A DNA stretch of 64,000 nucleotides. Source: Gammaproteobacteria bacterium (GTDB taxonomy: Bacteria; Pseudomonadota; Gammaproteobacteria; Eutrophobiales; Eutrophobiaceae). Where the stretch lies: positions 480,001-544,000 of the forward strand of contig CBDCTH010000004.1 of the NCBI GenBank assembly GCA_965222155.1, in the 5' to 3' direction. This document shows, one piece after another, positions 45,907-56,389 of this stretch (positions within the stretch are counted from its first letter, which is position 1; every line of letters starts with the position of its first letter). Below the pieces are notes generated by a model that saw only the letters and a list, made by a program, of their open reading frames with translations, was not told where the DNA came from and ran no database searches. A program made the translations under genes and the position numbers.

Positions 45907-46917
45907 ATGGATATCCTTGTTACGGGCTGTGCCGGATTTATCGGCGCGGCATTGACCAGGCGGCTGTTGGAGAGGGGCGATGAAATTATCGGGGTCGATA
46001 ACCTGAATGACTACTACGACCCCGGGTTGAAGCAGGACAGGCTGGCGTTACTGGCGGATTTTGCAAGCTTCCGATTCAGGAAACTGGATATCTCGGACAG
46101 AGAGCAGACGGAAAACCTGTTCAGGGAAATTAATCCCCGACGAGTGGTCAACTTGGCCGCGCAAGCCGGCGTACGCTACTCTATCACTAATCCCCACAGC
46201 TATATCAATTCAAATATTGCGGGATTCCTGAATATCCTGGAAGGCAGCCGTGCTACCGGCGTGGAACACCTGGTGTATGCCTCGTCGAGCTCGGTCTACG
46301 GCGCCAATGAGAAAATGCCTTTTTCGGAATCGGACCCGGCGGTGCATCCGGTCTCCCTCTACGGCGCCACCAAGCGCGCCAATGAATTGATGGCGCACAG
46401 CTACAGTCAACTGTATGACATGCCCGTGAGCGGCCTGCGTTATTTCACCGTCTACGGCCCCTGGGGCAGGCCGGACATGTCGCCTATCCTGTTTGCCGGG
46501 AAAATATACGCAGGTGAACCGATACAGGTGTTCAACCGGGGGGAGCACCGGAGGGATTTTACCTATATCGCCGATGTGGTGGAGGCGACGCTGAAAATAA
46601 CGGACAGGATACCGGACAGGGATGTAAACTGGGACGCGACCCGGCCTGATCCGGCTACCGGCCCGGCAAGATACCGGATTTACAACATCGGGAATCAAAA
46701 CGCGGTGAACCTCATGGAATATATTAATATGCTTGAGGCGGAGATCGGCAGGAAGGCCATTATCGAATTTGTAGGGGCGCAGCCCGGCGACGTGTCCAAT
46801 ACCCTGTCAGATTCGTCTAAACTGCTGGAGGAATTTGACTTTGTTCCCCGGGTATCGCTGGATCAAGGTATAAGACGGTTCATTGAATGGTATAAGAGTT
46901 ATTATAAGGTTGTTTGA
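45907..46917 (+). CDS. UDP-glucuronate 4-epimerase family
   Basis: TGCAGFIG, LAAQAGVRYS, YGATK, YGPWGRPDM motifs. Confidence 0.9.
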   Translation: MDILVTGCAGFIGAALTRRLLERGDEIIGVDNLNDYYDPGLKQDRLALLADFASFRFRKLDISDREQTENLFREINPRRVVNLAAQAGVRYSITNPHSYINSNIAGFLNILEGSRATGVEHLVYASSSSVYGANEKMPFSESDPAVHPVSLYGATKRANELMAHSYSQLYDMPVSGLRYFTVYGPWGRPDMSPILFAGKIYAGEPIQVFNRGEHRRDFTYIADVVEATLKITDRIPDRDVNWDATRPDPATGPARYRIYNIGNQNAVNLMEYINMLEAEIGRKAIIEFVGAQPGDVSNTLSDSSKLLEEFDFVPRVSLDQGIRRFIEWYKSYYKVV

Positions 46918-46985
46918 TTGAATTCCTGCTTTCGCAGGTATGGTGATTGAGGTTGTTGACTGGATTCCGGCTTGCGCCGGAATGG
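46918..46985. repeat. Two tandem family A REPs
   Basis: attcctgctttcgcaggtatgg and ctggattccggcttgcgccggaatgg. Confidence 0.7.
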
Positions 46986-46998
46986 TTTGGAACAATTA

Positions 46999-48285
46999 GT
47001 GAATAAAGACAGAAAAATCTCCGTCATCGGCATGGGCTATGTCGGCTTGCCTGTCGCCATCGCGTTCGGCCGGCTGGGCGAGGTGATTGGTTTCGATATA
47101 GATGAGCGGCGCATCGCGGAACTGAAAGACGGGCATGACAGCACTGCGGAAGTTTCCGCTGAGGAATTGTCCGCTGCCGCCATTACCTTTACCACGGACA
47201 GTAAACTACTCGAAAGGGCCGACTTTCATATCGTAGCGGTGCCTACTCCGATTAACGATGCAAAAAACCCGGATATGGAGCCTTTGATTGCGGCTTCCAA
47301 AACCCTGGGACGCATCATCGGGGAAGGCGATATTGTCGTCTATGAATCCACCGTCTATCCGGGCGCTACGGAAGAGATATGCGGCCCCATCCTGGAACGG
47401 GAATCGGGACTGGTGTGCGGGCGTGACTTCCACCTGGGTTATTCACCGGAACGCATCAACCCGGGAGACAGGGAGCATACTTTCACAAATATCGTGAAAG
47501 TCGTATCGTCCGCGGACAGTGCAACGCTCGACGTCATCAGCGAACTGTATGGCCGCGTGGTAACGGCAGGTGTGTATAAGGCTCCGTCCATCCGGGTTGC
47601 GGAGGCGACCAAGGTCGTAGAGAACATTCAGAGAGACGTCAATATCGCCTTGATGAACCAGCTGGCGCTGATTTTTGACAAACTGGATATAGATACCCAC
47701 GACGTGCTGGACGCGGCCGCGACGAAGTGGAATTTCTTACGCTTTACGCCGGGGCTGGTGGGTGGTCACTGTATAGGGATTGACCCGTATTACCTGACCT
47801 ACCGGGCAGCCAGGAGCGGTTACATCCCGGATTTAATCCTGGCGGCGCGCAGTATCAATGACGGTCTGGGCAGTTACATCGCAGCGCGTGTGATCAAAAC
47901 CATGATGCAGGCCGGCCATTTATCGGGAGACAGCTTGGTTACCGTGCTCGGACTGACGTTCAAGGAAAACGTGGGCGACACCCGCAATTCCAGGGTTATT
48001 GATATCATCAATGAATTGAAACAATTTAACGTGCCGGTTCAGGTGAATGATGTCCATGCCGAACCCGATAAAGTCCGCGCCCGGCATCAGGTTGAGCTTG
48101 TTGACCTGGATTCATTGCAGCCCGCTGATGTCGTGATATTAGCCGTACCGCATGCTGTATACCTTGATAAAAACTGGGACTGGATCCGCAGCTTGCTCAA
48201 GGGCCAAAACGGCATCGTCTACGATGTCAAGAGCCGGCTGGAACGGGATGATGCGCCTGCCGGCGTTCAGCTTGTGAGGCTTTGA
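46999..48285 (+). CDS. UDP-N-acetylhexosamine 6-dehydrogenase (TviB/WbpO-like)
   Basis: GMGYVGLP, ESTVYPG, SPERINPG, GGHCIG motifs. Confidence 0.9.
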   Translation: MNKDRKISVIGMGYVGLPVAIAFGRLGEVIGFDIDERRIAELKDGHDSTAEVSAEELSAAAITFTTDSKLLERADFHIVAVPTPINDAKNPDMEPLIAASKTLGRIIGEGDIVVYESTVYPGATEEICGPILERESGLVCGRDFHLGYSPERINPGDREHTFTNIVKVVSSADSATLDVISELYGRVVTAGVYKAPSIRVAEATKVVENIQRDVNIALMNQLALIFDKLDIDTHDVLDAAATKWNFLRFTPGLVGGHCIGIDPYYLTYRAARSGYIPDLILAARSINDGLGSYIAARVIKTMMQAGHLSGDSLVTVLGLTFKENVGDTRNSRVIDIINELKQFNVPVQVNDVHAEPDKVRARHQVELVDLDSLQPADVVILAVPHAVYLDKNWDWIRSLLKGQNGIVYDVKSRLERDDAPAGVQLVRL

Positions 48286-48304
48286 CCATTTTGGTTAATC
48301 GAGC

Positions 48305-49609
48305 ATGAACGTCGCGCTGCTGGGTGCCGGTTACGTAGGGCTGGTTTCAGGCGCTTGTTTTGCCGAGTTTGGCGCCAACGTCACCTGTATCGATATTGAT
48401 TCCGACAGGATCGGCAAGCTCAGGGAAGGTATCATTCCCATCTACGAACCGGGTCTGGCGGAACTGATCAAAAAGAACAGGGAACAGGGCAGGTTGTCTT
48501 TCCGGGATGGTTATGATGAGTCAATTGCGGAGTGTGACCTGGTTTTCATCGCGGTCGGCACGCCGGCCCGTCGCGGTGACGGCCATGCCGACTTGAAGTA
48601 CGTATACCAGGCGGTGCGGGAGATTGCACCGTACCTGCAAGGCTATACGGTGATCGTAGATAAATCCACCGTGCCCGTGGGCACTGCCCGAAACGTGAAG
48701 CGAATCATCAGGGAGAAAAATCCGGGCGCGGACTTTGACGTTGCCGCCAATCCTGAATTTTTGCGGGAAGGCGCCGCGCTGTCGGATTTCATGCGGCCGG
48801 ACCGGGTGGTCATCGGTATTGAGACGGAGCGGGCGGAACAAGTGCTGCGCGAGTTGTATCGCCCCCTCAACCTGATTGAAACACCCATGCTGGTAACCGA
48901 CCTGGAAAGCGCTGAGTTGATCAAGTACGCGGCCAACGCGTTTCTGGCTACGAAGATCAGTTTTATCAACGAGATGTCTGCCCTGTGTGAAGCCGTGAAC
49001 GCGGATGTTCATGCCGTTGCCCGGGGAATAGGTCTGGATGGACGCATAGGCAGTAAATTTCTGCACCCGGGACCCGGTTACGGCGGTTCCTGTTTTCCCA
49101 AGGATACCCGGGCGCTGGTGCGTATAGCACAGGAAAACAACGTGACCAGCCGTATCGTCGAAGCGGTGATGGAGGTGAATGAAGCGCAGAAGGCGCGCAT
49201 GATCAGCAAGATCCGGAGTGCCCTGGGCGGCAGTGAAAACGGCAAGACCCTGGCCGTTCTGGGTCTGGCTTTCAAGCCGGAAACAGATGATATGCGGGAT
49301 GCCCCGGCGTTATCCATACTGCCCAAGCTGATTGAAAACGGGGTCAGGGTTCACGCCCATGATCCCCAGGCCGTGTCTGAGGCCAGGGCACTGCTGCCCG
49401 ATTCAGTGTTGTATTTCGATGATGTCTATGCAGCCTTGTCCGGTGTGGACGCGGCCGTCCTGCTGACGGAATGGAATGCCTACCGGGGCATGGACCTGGA
49501 ACGGATTAAAAAGACAATGGATGGTAACGTGTTCATCGACCTGCGCAATGTCTATGAGCCGGATGCGATGCGTGCGGCAGGATTTGAATACTACTGCGTG
49601 GGGCGTTAA
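48305..49609 (+). CDS. ugd: UDP-glucose 6-dehydrogenase
   Basis: GAGYVGL, NPEFLREG, GYGGSCFPKD, AFKPETDD motifs. Confidence 0.92.
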   Translation: MNVALLGAGYVGLVSGACFAEFGANVTCIDIDSDRIGKLREGIIPIYEPGLAELIKKNREQGRLSFRDGYDESIAECDLVFIAVGTPARRGDGHADLKYVYQAVREIAPYLQGYTVIVDKSTVPVGTARNVKRIIREKNPGADFDVAANPEFLREGAALSDFMRPDRVVIGIETERAEQVLRELYRPLNLIETPMLVTDLESAELIKYAANAFLATKISFINEMSALCEAVNADVHAVARGIGLDGRIGSKFLHPGPGYGGSCFPKDTRALVRIAQENNVTSRIVEAVMEVNEAQKARMISKIRSALGGSENGKTLAVLGLAFKPETDDMRDAPALSILPKLIENGVRVHAHDPQAVSEARALLPDSVLYFDDVYAALSGVDAAVLLTEWNAYRGMDLERIKKTMDGNVFIDLRNVYEPDAMRAAGFEYYCVGR

Positions 49610-49653
49610 CGCGTATTGGCGTACGACACAGCCGGTCGGGATATAAAAAAAGT

Positions 49654-50799
49654 TCAGACAGGGAGTAGTTTCTTGTAGAGCGCTACCAGTTTGTCTGCTT
49701 CGGTTTCCCAATTATAGTATTTTTCAACCGCCTCTCGCCCGCGACGCCCCATGGCTTCGGCTTCAATCGGGTGTTCCAGTATCCACTGCATGGCCGCGCC
49801 AATGGCCTGGGGGTCCAGCGGGTCAACCAGCATCCCGCATCCCGCGTTTTCCACGATACGCCGCCACAGGGGAAAATCAGACACGATAACCGGCAGGCCC
49901 ACGGACATGTATTCGAACATTTTAGTGGGGTAGGCATCCAGGTATTTCGGAGTGGGATGCAATAGCACCAGCCCGGCTCGCACATTGCACAATATTGCCG
50001 CTACCCGGGTTCGATCGGCCCACCCGAAAAACTCTACCTGGCGCCATCCTGATGATGTTTCGATGTCTTTTTTCAGATCGGCTGGTTGAAAGACCCCGGC
50101 GAGGCACAGCCGGATATCTTTTTTTCCGGTATGGCCTAGCGCTTCGACCATTTCGAGAATGCCGCGGATCCGGGTAATTCCGCCGATATACGCAAAGTGC
50201 GCAGGACGACTCTCATATGCTGAGCCAGTTGAAGTGACGAGTTCATCCAATATGGGAAAATTTTGTACCAATACGGTTTTCCGGGAAGGAAAACGCTCGG
50301 CAACATGGGGTTCTGCCGATACGATTGCATCAAACGCCTGACTTGCCAGCCATTCAACCAGTGAAATAACCCAGGAAACCGACTGCCGTGTGAATGCCGG
50401 CAACCAGTATTTTGTCAGTACCTGGCGCGGTACGTCTTCATGCACATCATAAACCACCCTGTAGCCGAAACACTTCAAAACAAGTCCTAATGTCATCAGT
50501 TCAGGATCATGGAAATGCACCACCTGCGGGCGCAACCTGTGCACGGCGCGCCACATTCGCCAGACACCCAGGGTCATTCTCGCGAGACGTCCACCGGGAG
50601 ACGGACCGGTATCAATAATATGAATCTTTCCACCTGCCTCGACAGAATCACCTTTGCCATCCTGGGCGAATAATGCGACCGGTTCTCCCAGGGCCTTTGC
50701 CAGTGACCCTGTTTCCCTTACTCGAATACGGGTGTCTGCGCGTGGATGAACATTGGTTATATGGGCGATTTTTATACGTTCCATATCAGTTATGGTCAT
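49654..50799 (-). CDS. GT4 glycosyltransferase
   Basis: HFHDPEL, YDVHED, PTKMFEYMSVG motifs. Confidence 0.88.
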   Translation of the reverse strand: MTITDMERIKIAHITNVHPRADTRIRVRETGSLAKALGEPVALFAQDGKGDSVEAGGKIHIIDTGPSPGGRLARMTLGVWRMWRAVHRLRPQVVHFHDPELMTLGLVLKCFGYRVVYDVHEDVPRQVLTKYWLPAFTRQSVSWVISLVEWLASQAFDAIVSAEPHVAERFPSRKTVLVQNFPILDELVTSTGSAYESRPAHFAYIGGITRIRGILEMVEALGHTGKKDIRLCLAGVFQPADLKKDIETSSGWRQVEFFGWADRTRVAAILCNVRAGLVLLHPTPKYLDAYPTKMFEYMSVGLPVIVSDFPLWRRIVENAGCGMLVDPLDPQAIGAAMQWILEHPIEAEAMGRRGREAVEKYYNWETEADKLVALYKKLLPV

Positions 50800-50811
50800 G
50801 CTGCCTGTTTC

Positions 50812-52203
50812 TTAATCGGCCGTACTAAGCCTGAATGAACACAGTGCCTGCAACAGGTAAAACAGACACCCCGATACCGACAGTAGTATCACCAGTAAAA
50901 CCGCATCTTCATTAACCCATCCCAGGAATAGGGATAGCGTCACCATCAGGAAAAAGAAAGCCTGAAGAAATAAAACCAGCATCAGCTTTTCCCTGATGTA
51001 AAGAACACCGCCCAGGGGAGCGCATACCAGCCTGAACAGCGCCATAGGGGCCAGTATTGTTGCGTAAAGTCCCGCTTCACGCCACTCCTCGCCGAATATA
51101 AATGCAAATATTTCCGGGCCAAAGAGCATTATCAGCACAGCCGGTGGTAATCCAATGATAACCAGGAACCTGAAGGTTTTGATGAATAAAGGTTTGCACG
51201 TGCCATGCTCTTTCAAGTCTTCCATCGCTTTATTCCTGAACACGTGCAATATTGATTCTCCAAGCAACGAGATTGGCATCATGAGTACCCTGAACACCAG
51301 AAAATACAGTCCCGCGACAACGCTGGTAAATATTACAGGGATGAACAAGTACGGCATCTGCAATGACAGTATATTCAGCAGGCTTGCCGGCGATCCCAAA
51401 AAAGGGAATTTCCTGTACCTGCGGATCAGTGCAAGTAGTTTGACCCGGTTAAACCCGGGTAGTGTTACGGTTGGCTTTATTGCCTTTATGATTAAAACCA
51501 GCCCTGCAACTCTGCCCAGACAGTCCGCCAGTGCAAGCCCGGACATGATTTTAGTCAGAACCCCGACGATCAGCTGGAGGACTGATATCGAGCCGCTCTG
51601 GATAACCCGGCTCTGACTCATCAGTTCATATTGTTTTTTTCTGTTCAACCAGTGCAGTAAAACCTTGTAAACGGAAAAAAGAAAAATGCTGAACGGCACA
51701 ATATACAACCAACTCTCGATTTCCGGTTGTCCGGAAAGCACTGCAATCTGATGTCCCCATATGACAATCAACAACAGGATGATAATGCTCAATACACCCG
51801 ACATAATAAAGCTGATAAAGGCCAGCTGTACCGCCTCGCTGTCTTTTCTGGCAATCAGTACAGCCATTTCGAGTCGCCCGGTCACGATCATGGCTCCTAT
51901 GGAGATTAAAGCCATATAAACGGCAAACAAGCCAAATTCAGCAGGTGAGTAAATTCGGGTCAGGATCGGCGTGATTACAACCGGAATGGCTTGAGCGATT
52001 GTTGTGCCTGACATCAAGGTCAGCACGTTTCGAGCATATTCTGATTTAACCCATGTGTTGCGGAACACTTTGCGATACCAGTTGTATTGTAATTTCAGCT
52101 TCGGCCGATCGACGGGTTGACCAATGCCTGGGCCAGAACACCCCATCCCAGTGCGGGCAGAGGCCAATAGACCGATTTGGATACGATTATCAGCAGCAGA
52201 CAA
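50812..52203 (-). CDS. wzx: Wzx-type flippase; true start probably ~130-190 bp further in
   Basis: GTTIAQA, PILTRIYSPAEFG, FGEEWREAG; many TM helices. Confidence 0.8.
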   Translation of the reverse strand: MSAADNRIQIGLLASARTGMGCSGPGIGQPVDRPKLKLQYNWYRKVFRNTWVKSEYARNVLTLMSGTTIAQAIPVVITPILTRIYSPAEFGLFAVYMALISIGAMIVTGRLEMAVLIARKDSEAVQLAFISFIMSGVLSIIILLLIVIWGHQIAVLSGQPEIESWLYIVPFSIFLFSVYKVLLHWLNRKKQYELMSQSRVIQSGSISVLQLIVGVLTKIMSGLALADCLGRVAGLVLIIKAIKPTVTLPGFNRVKLLALIRRYRKFPFLGSPASLLNILSLQMPYLFIPVIFTSVVAGLYFLVFRVLMMPISLLGESILHVFRNKAMEDLKEHGTCKPLFIKTFRFLVIIGLPPAVLIMLFGPEIFAFIFGEEWREAGLYATILAPMALFRLVCAPLGGVLYIREKLMLVLFLQAFFFLMVTLSLFLGWVNEDAVLLVILLSVSGCLFYLLQALCSFRLSTAD

Positions 52204-53540
52204 ACGAAATTAAGCATAAACGCGAAAGTCCAGAGCGGCGCCTCCTGCTGTTTCAGGATGACTTGGCAGGCGGGCACCAGAAAACCAGACAGTGTCAGGG
52301 ATACGTACATGAGGAAGCCTGCAAGACCGTAGGTAACCCATGCCGACAGGGCATTGTGTGCATAGCGTCCGGTGTGGCCTTTTGCATATTTCCCGGTGTC
52401 TTCCTTTAATACGTGCCCGCCGAATTCACCCGTCAGCGGACTCGCGGCGATTTGTTTGAGGGCAATTTCCTGCAGGGCCAGCCTGCCTGCCCAGGATTTT
52501 GATGAAGAGAAATCAAGCACTTCAAATTGGCGGCTGAGACGGGGGAGTTCGTTCCCTTCGTCGGGAGAAGACCGTGTACCTGCCTGATCAGGGGCTGGCG
52601 TTTGCGCCGCTTCATCCGCGCCGGAAGACTTATCAGTGATTTGCGTCTGCGCACCATCACCGCTGGAAGAGTGGCTGTCCGTGGTCGGCGACTCCACAGC
52701 TTCATCAGGAGAAATGGATTCCACAAAGACTTCTATCCGGGGCGATACATCGGGTTCTGCCAGGATAAATACTTCCAGGCAAAGAAGTAACAGGAGTAAA
52801 AAATACTTTGGCTGTCTTATGCCTGAAATGACACACACCACGGCGGATAAGGCCAGAAACGCATAAAAGTCCGAGCGGCTGACCAGCAGGTAAAGTATAA
52901 ACACGCCGCCAAGAATAAAAAAAGCCCTGGAACGGAATGAGTTGAAGACTGCCATCAGCAACAACAGGGTAATCAGGATACTGCGGGCAAATCCCTGATA
53001 GGTGGATACATCTGTCGTATTCCCGTAGAGACGGTGGGCATTGTACATATTTTCGCCGGTACTGATGTAGAAATAGAGAAGAAAGCCAAGGATCACGACA
53101 AAACTGGTGAAGAATGACCAGCGTAGCGTAGTGGATTGCAACGGAAGCAGTAAGCCGATGAGAAACAGGGCGGACCAGAGGATAACTGTTTCCAGGGATT
53201 GCAGGCCGGCACTGGTTATATAATCACCACTGAGGATTAAATAGTGTGCGAGTGTCCAGACTGAGGTATAGAACAGGAATACCAGCACCGCTAGAACATA
53301 ACGGTTCCTGATGATTTTTTGCAGCCAGACGATATTCCAGGGCAACAGCACAAGGAATGCCGACAGGGCGCCCAGGGCAACGTAACCAAACAACCCGGCG
53401 GCAAATGGCGGGATCAGGCCCATGGCAACTAACTGGTGGTAAAACAGAAAACCGGGGAACAACAGGAATAAGCCGACGCCTGCAATCTTCGCTGACACTG
53501 CTCCGGCTCGCGCGGATTGATCGGGCTTGTCAATCAGCAT
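52095..53540 (-). CDS. Wzy polymerase / O-antigen ligase-like membrane protein
   Basis: About 10 TM segments, large loop, YAHN motif followed by GLAG. Confidence 0.65.
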   Translation of the reverse strand: MLIDKPDQSARAGAVSAKIAGVGLFLLFPGFLFYHQLVAMGLIPPFAAGLFGYVALGALSAFLVLLPWNIVWLQKIIRNRYVLAVLVFLFYTSVWTLAHYLILSGDYITSAGLQSLETVILWSALFLIGLLLPLQSTTLRWSFFTSFVVILGFLLYFYISTGENMYNAHRLYGNTTDVSTYQGFARSILITLLLLMAVFNSFRSRAFFILGGVFILYLLVSRSDFYAFLALSAVVCVISGIRQPKYFLLLLLLCLEVFILAEPDVSPRIEVFVESISPDEAVESPTTDSHSSSGDGAQTQITDKSSGADEAAQTPAPDQAGTRSSPDEGNELPRLSRQFEVLDFSSSKSWAGRLALQEIALKQIAASPLTGEFGGHVLKEDTGKYAKGHTGRYAHNALSAWVTYGLAGFLMYVSLTLSGFLVPACQVILKQQEAPLWTFAFMLNFVCLLLIIVSKSVYWPLPALGWGVLAQALVNPSIGRS

Positions 53541-54784
53541 GAATTGTTTAACTTTTCCAGATAACTTACAAAATTCGGGTAGATAATTTCAGCATTGAAG
53601 CGACTCTCGAACAAATTGAGGGCATTGCCGGAAAGCTCATTCCTGGTTTCGGGAGATTCAATCAGTCTGTTAACGTGTTGCAACAGTTCAGTCGCAGAGC
53701 TATAGGTGAAGCCGCAATTGTACTTCTCTATATATTCTTTTGATATGCCTTGCAACCATGTGATGATGGGCAAGCCGCTGCTGATGGATTCGAAAAACTT
53801 GTTTGACAGTGAATTCTGGTAGTCTTTGCGTCTTTCGACAGGTTGAATTGCCGCCAGGCTGTGCTTCCTGAGCCAGAACAGGTTGTCGAAATCAACCTCT
53901 CCCGGCAGAACAACATTACTGTAATCTTTCGACATGTCTATTATTTTTTCTCTATACTGTCCTGTCCCGCAGAATACGAACTTCACCCCGGGTTTAATCC
54001 GTTGCAGATTTCCGGCAGCACTCAGCACAGTACCATATACGGAATACACGGTCCGATTCAGTCTTCCTGCAAAGTAAATAATGGCATCATCATACAGGTT
54101 AACCTGTTTGCGTTTCCAGAATTCCGAAGAGGCATCCTCGTCCAGTGCCGGGACAGTCTGTTGATACCCCAACTCAAATACGCCGTCGTTTTCACCTGGC
54201 TTCCGTCCTGCATACTTCAACAGGTGATCCCGGAAAAAATCTGTGATGCCGACCAGGCCGGTAGCCTGCCTGCATGCAAAGCGCAGATCTCTTTTCATCG
54301 ACATAATCACCGGGTATGCCAGCACGGATTTCAAGCCGGTCAGTTCCGCTTCGAGAATATCCGGCCACATGTCCCTGGCATCCAGTACCAGGGGGATTTT
54401 GAACTTCCGTGAAATTAATGCGCACGCTTTAGCAAGTGAAGGTGTCGGCATGGCGCATACGACAATATCCGGCTTTTCCAGTTTTAAAGCCTGCTTGTAA
54501 AACTTGTGATATAGCAGCTGATTGTTCAGGAGCCGTGCGCTGGAAACCGGCTTTTGATAGGTGACTGCCGCATGAATGAACTTGATATCGTAGCTTGATT
54601 TATAACTGACTGTGTGGTCTTTTCCGAATCTTCCGGTTACGGTCAGATGATTAAAATCTGAGCACCAGCGCGTTACTGCATGACCTTTTTTGAGTAGTGC
54701 ATCAGCTAGCATGGACATTCTGTAGGGCCGAAAACCTGTATCTGTCGGAACAGGTTCCTCAAGTTTTACCAACCAGACATGCAT
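53534..54784 (-). CDS. GT4 glycosyltransferase
   Basis: DARDMWPD, NKFFESISSGLP motifs. Confidence 0.85.
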   Translation of the reverse strand: MHVWLVKLEEPVPTDTGFRPYRMSMLADALLKKGHAVTRWCSDFNHLTVTGRFGKDHTVSYKSSYDIKFIHAAVTYQKPVSSARLLNNQLLYHKFYKQALKLEKPDIVVCAMPTPSLAKACALISRKFKIPLVLDARDMWPDILEAELTGLKSVLAYPVIMSMKRDLRFACRQATGLVGITDFFRDHLLKYAGRKPGENDGVFELGYQQTVPALDEDASSEFWKRKQVNLYDDAIIYFAGRLNRTVYSVYGTVLSAAGNLQRIKPGVKFVFCGTGQYREKIIDMSKDYSNVVLPGEVDFDNLFWLRKHSLAAIQPVERRKDYQNSLSNKFFESISSGLPIITWLQGISKEYIEKYNCGFTYSSATELLQHVNRLIESPETRNELSGNALNLFESRFNAEIIYPNFVSYLEKLNNSC

Positions 54785-54810
54785 TATTATTCAATTACTT
54801 TGACGATCAC

Positions 54811-55926
54811 TCAATGCTGCCAGGAAAATTTGATAAAGTAATCCTTAACGCCGTCAATGATTTGCCGGACGTCCTTATCCGAAAGATGTTCACCCACGGG
54901 TAAACTCAATAATTGAGAATCCGTACGATTACAGAATGTATCGTCTGCTTCCTGGCCTAAATAGTGATAGGCATCCAGTTTTGGCAGTGCAACCGGATAA
55001 TGTATGCCGGTTTGAATTCCTTTTTCATACAGAAACGCTTTGATAGCATCCCGGTTTTCAACTCGTATGACAAATAGATGGTAAACATGCCTGGCCCACT
55101 TCTTTCTGACAGACAGAATGCAGGCTGAAATACCGGAAAGCGCATTAAAATATTTCCCGGCAATATCAATTCTACGTTCTGTCCATTGCTCAATGTGTTG
55201 CAGTTTTACGGATAAAACTGCTGCCTGAAGCCCGTCCAGCCTGGAATTCCTGCCTTCAAATTCATGGTTGTATTTGGAGACCCGTCCATGGTTGGCGATT
55301 TTTCTCAGCCGGATAGCCTTCTCTTCAGTCTGTACGGTAATCGCGCCGGCATCGCCATACGCACCCAGGTTCTTGCCCGGATAAAAGCTGAATATGCCAA
55401 AATGACCTATTGATCCCACGCGCCGATCTTTGTATTCGGAACCATGAGCCTGTGCACAGTCTTCTATTACAACTAAATCATGTTCTTCAGCCAGTTCCAT
55501 AACCGGGTCCATGTCACAGGGGTGGCCGTAAAGATGCACGGCTATAATTGCCTTCGTATTGCCTGTAATGTGGGGCTTAATCGTGTCTGCGCTTATTGTA
55601 TAAGTGTTGTGGTCAACATCTGCGAACCTGACTCTGTGATTTGTACGGGTAACGGCCTCGGCACATGAAATGAACGTATTGCCCGGAACGATAACCTCAC
55701 TGCCGATTGGTAAATTGGCGGCTTCCAAAGCTATCTCTAAAGCATCTGTACCATTGCCGACGCCGACACAATAATTACTTTGGCAATATTCAGCGAATGC
55801 GGTTTCAAACTGCTCTACTGTCTCACCACCAATAAATGCTGCATTTTCTATTACATTGAAAATTGCCGTATCTATCGATTCTTTAATCCCGTGATATTGT
55901 GCCGTCAAATCCAGAAATTTAATCAT
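54811..55926 (-). CDS. DegT/DnrJ aminotransferase (WbpE-like)
   Basis: NGTDAL, EDCAQAHG, SFYPGKNLG, NSRLD motifs. Confidence 0.9.
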   Translation of the reverse strand: MIKFLDLTAQYHGIKESIDTAIFNVIENAAFIGGETVEQFETAFAEYCQSNYCVGVGNGTDALEIALEAANLPIGSEVIVPGNTFISCAEAVTRTNHRVRFADVDHNTYTISADTIKPHITGNTKAIIAVHLYGHPCDMDPVMELAEEHDLVVIEDCAQAHGSEYKDRRVGSIGHFGIFSFYPGKNLGAYGDAGAITVQTEEKAIRLRKIANHGRVSKYNHEFEGRNSRLDGLQAAVLSVKLQHIEQWTERRIDIAGKYFNALSGISACILSVRKKWARHVYHLFVIRVENRDAIKAFLYEKGIQTGIHYPVALPKLDAYHYLGQEADDTFCNRTDSQLLSLPVGEHLSDKDVRQIIDGVKDYFIKFSWQH

Positions 55927-56386
55927 TGAACGTCCTTTTCAGGGTTGCAGGGTTGCCGGCGTAGATTCCCGGTTCCAGGATATCTTTAGTCACTACGCTT
56001 CCGGCCCCTATCACTACATGATCGGTAATATTTACCGGTAGAATTGTCGAGTTGCTTCCAATAGATACATTATTTCCTATACGGGTTTTTCCCCACCTGG
56101 ATTTATCTCCGCCCGCGGGTGCTCCATCGGCAAACCGATCGTTTATAAACATGACCCCATGTCCGATAAAACACTCGGACCCTATGGAAACCAGTTCACA
56201 TATAAAGGCGTGTGACTGGATTTTAGTAGAGTCCCCGATAACGGCATCTTTTTGTATTTCAACAAAGGGGCCTATAAAGACATTTTCTCCCAGGACACAA
56301 CCATAAAGATTGACTGGTTGGATAATTGTAACGCTGTCTGGAATTTCAGCGTTCACTATAGAGATGCGCTTGGACGTATAAGGCAT
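55919..56386 (-). CDS. Hexapeptide-repeat N-acetyltransferase (WbpD-like)
   Basis: Left-handed beta-helix repeats, GAGSVVTKD, GNPA. Confidence 0.85.
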   Translation of the reverse strand: MPYTSKRISIVNAEIPDSVTIIQPVNLYGCVLGENVFIGPFVEIQKDAVIGDSTKIQSHAFICELVSIGSECFIGHGVMFINDRFADGAPAGGDKSRWGKTRIGNNVSIGSNSTILPVNITDHVVIGAGSVVTKDILEPGIYAGNPATLKRTFND

Positions 56387-56389
56387 GGC

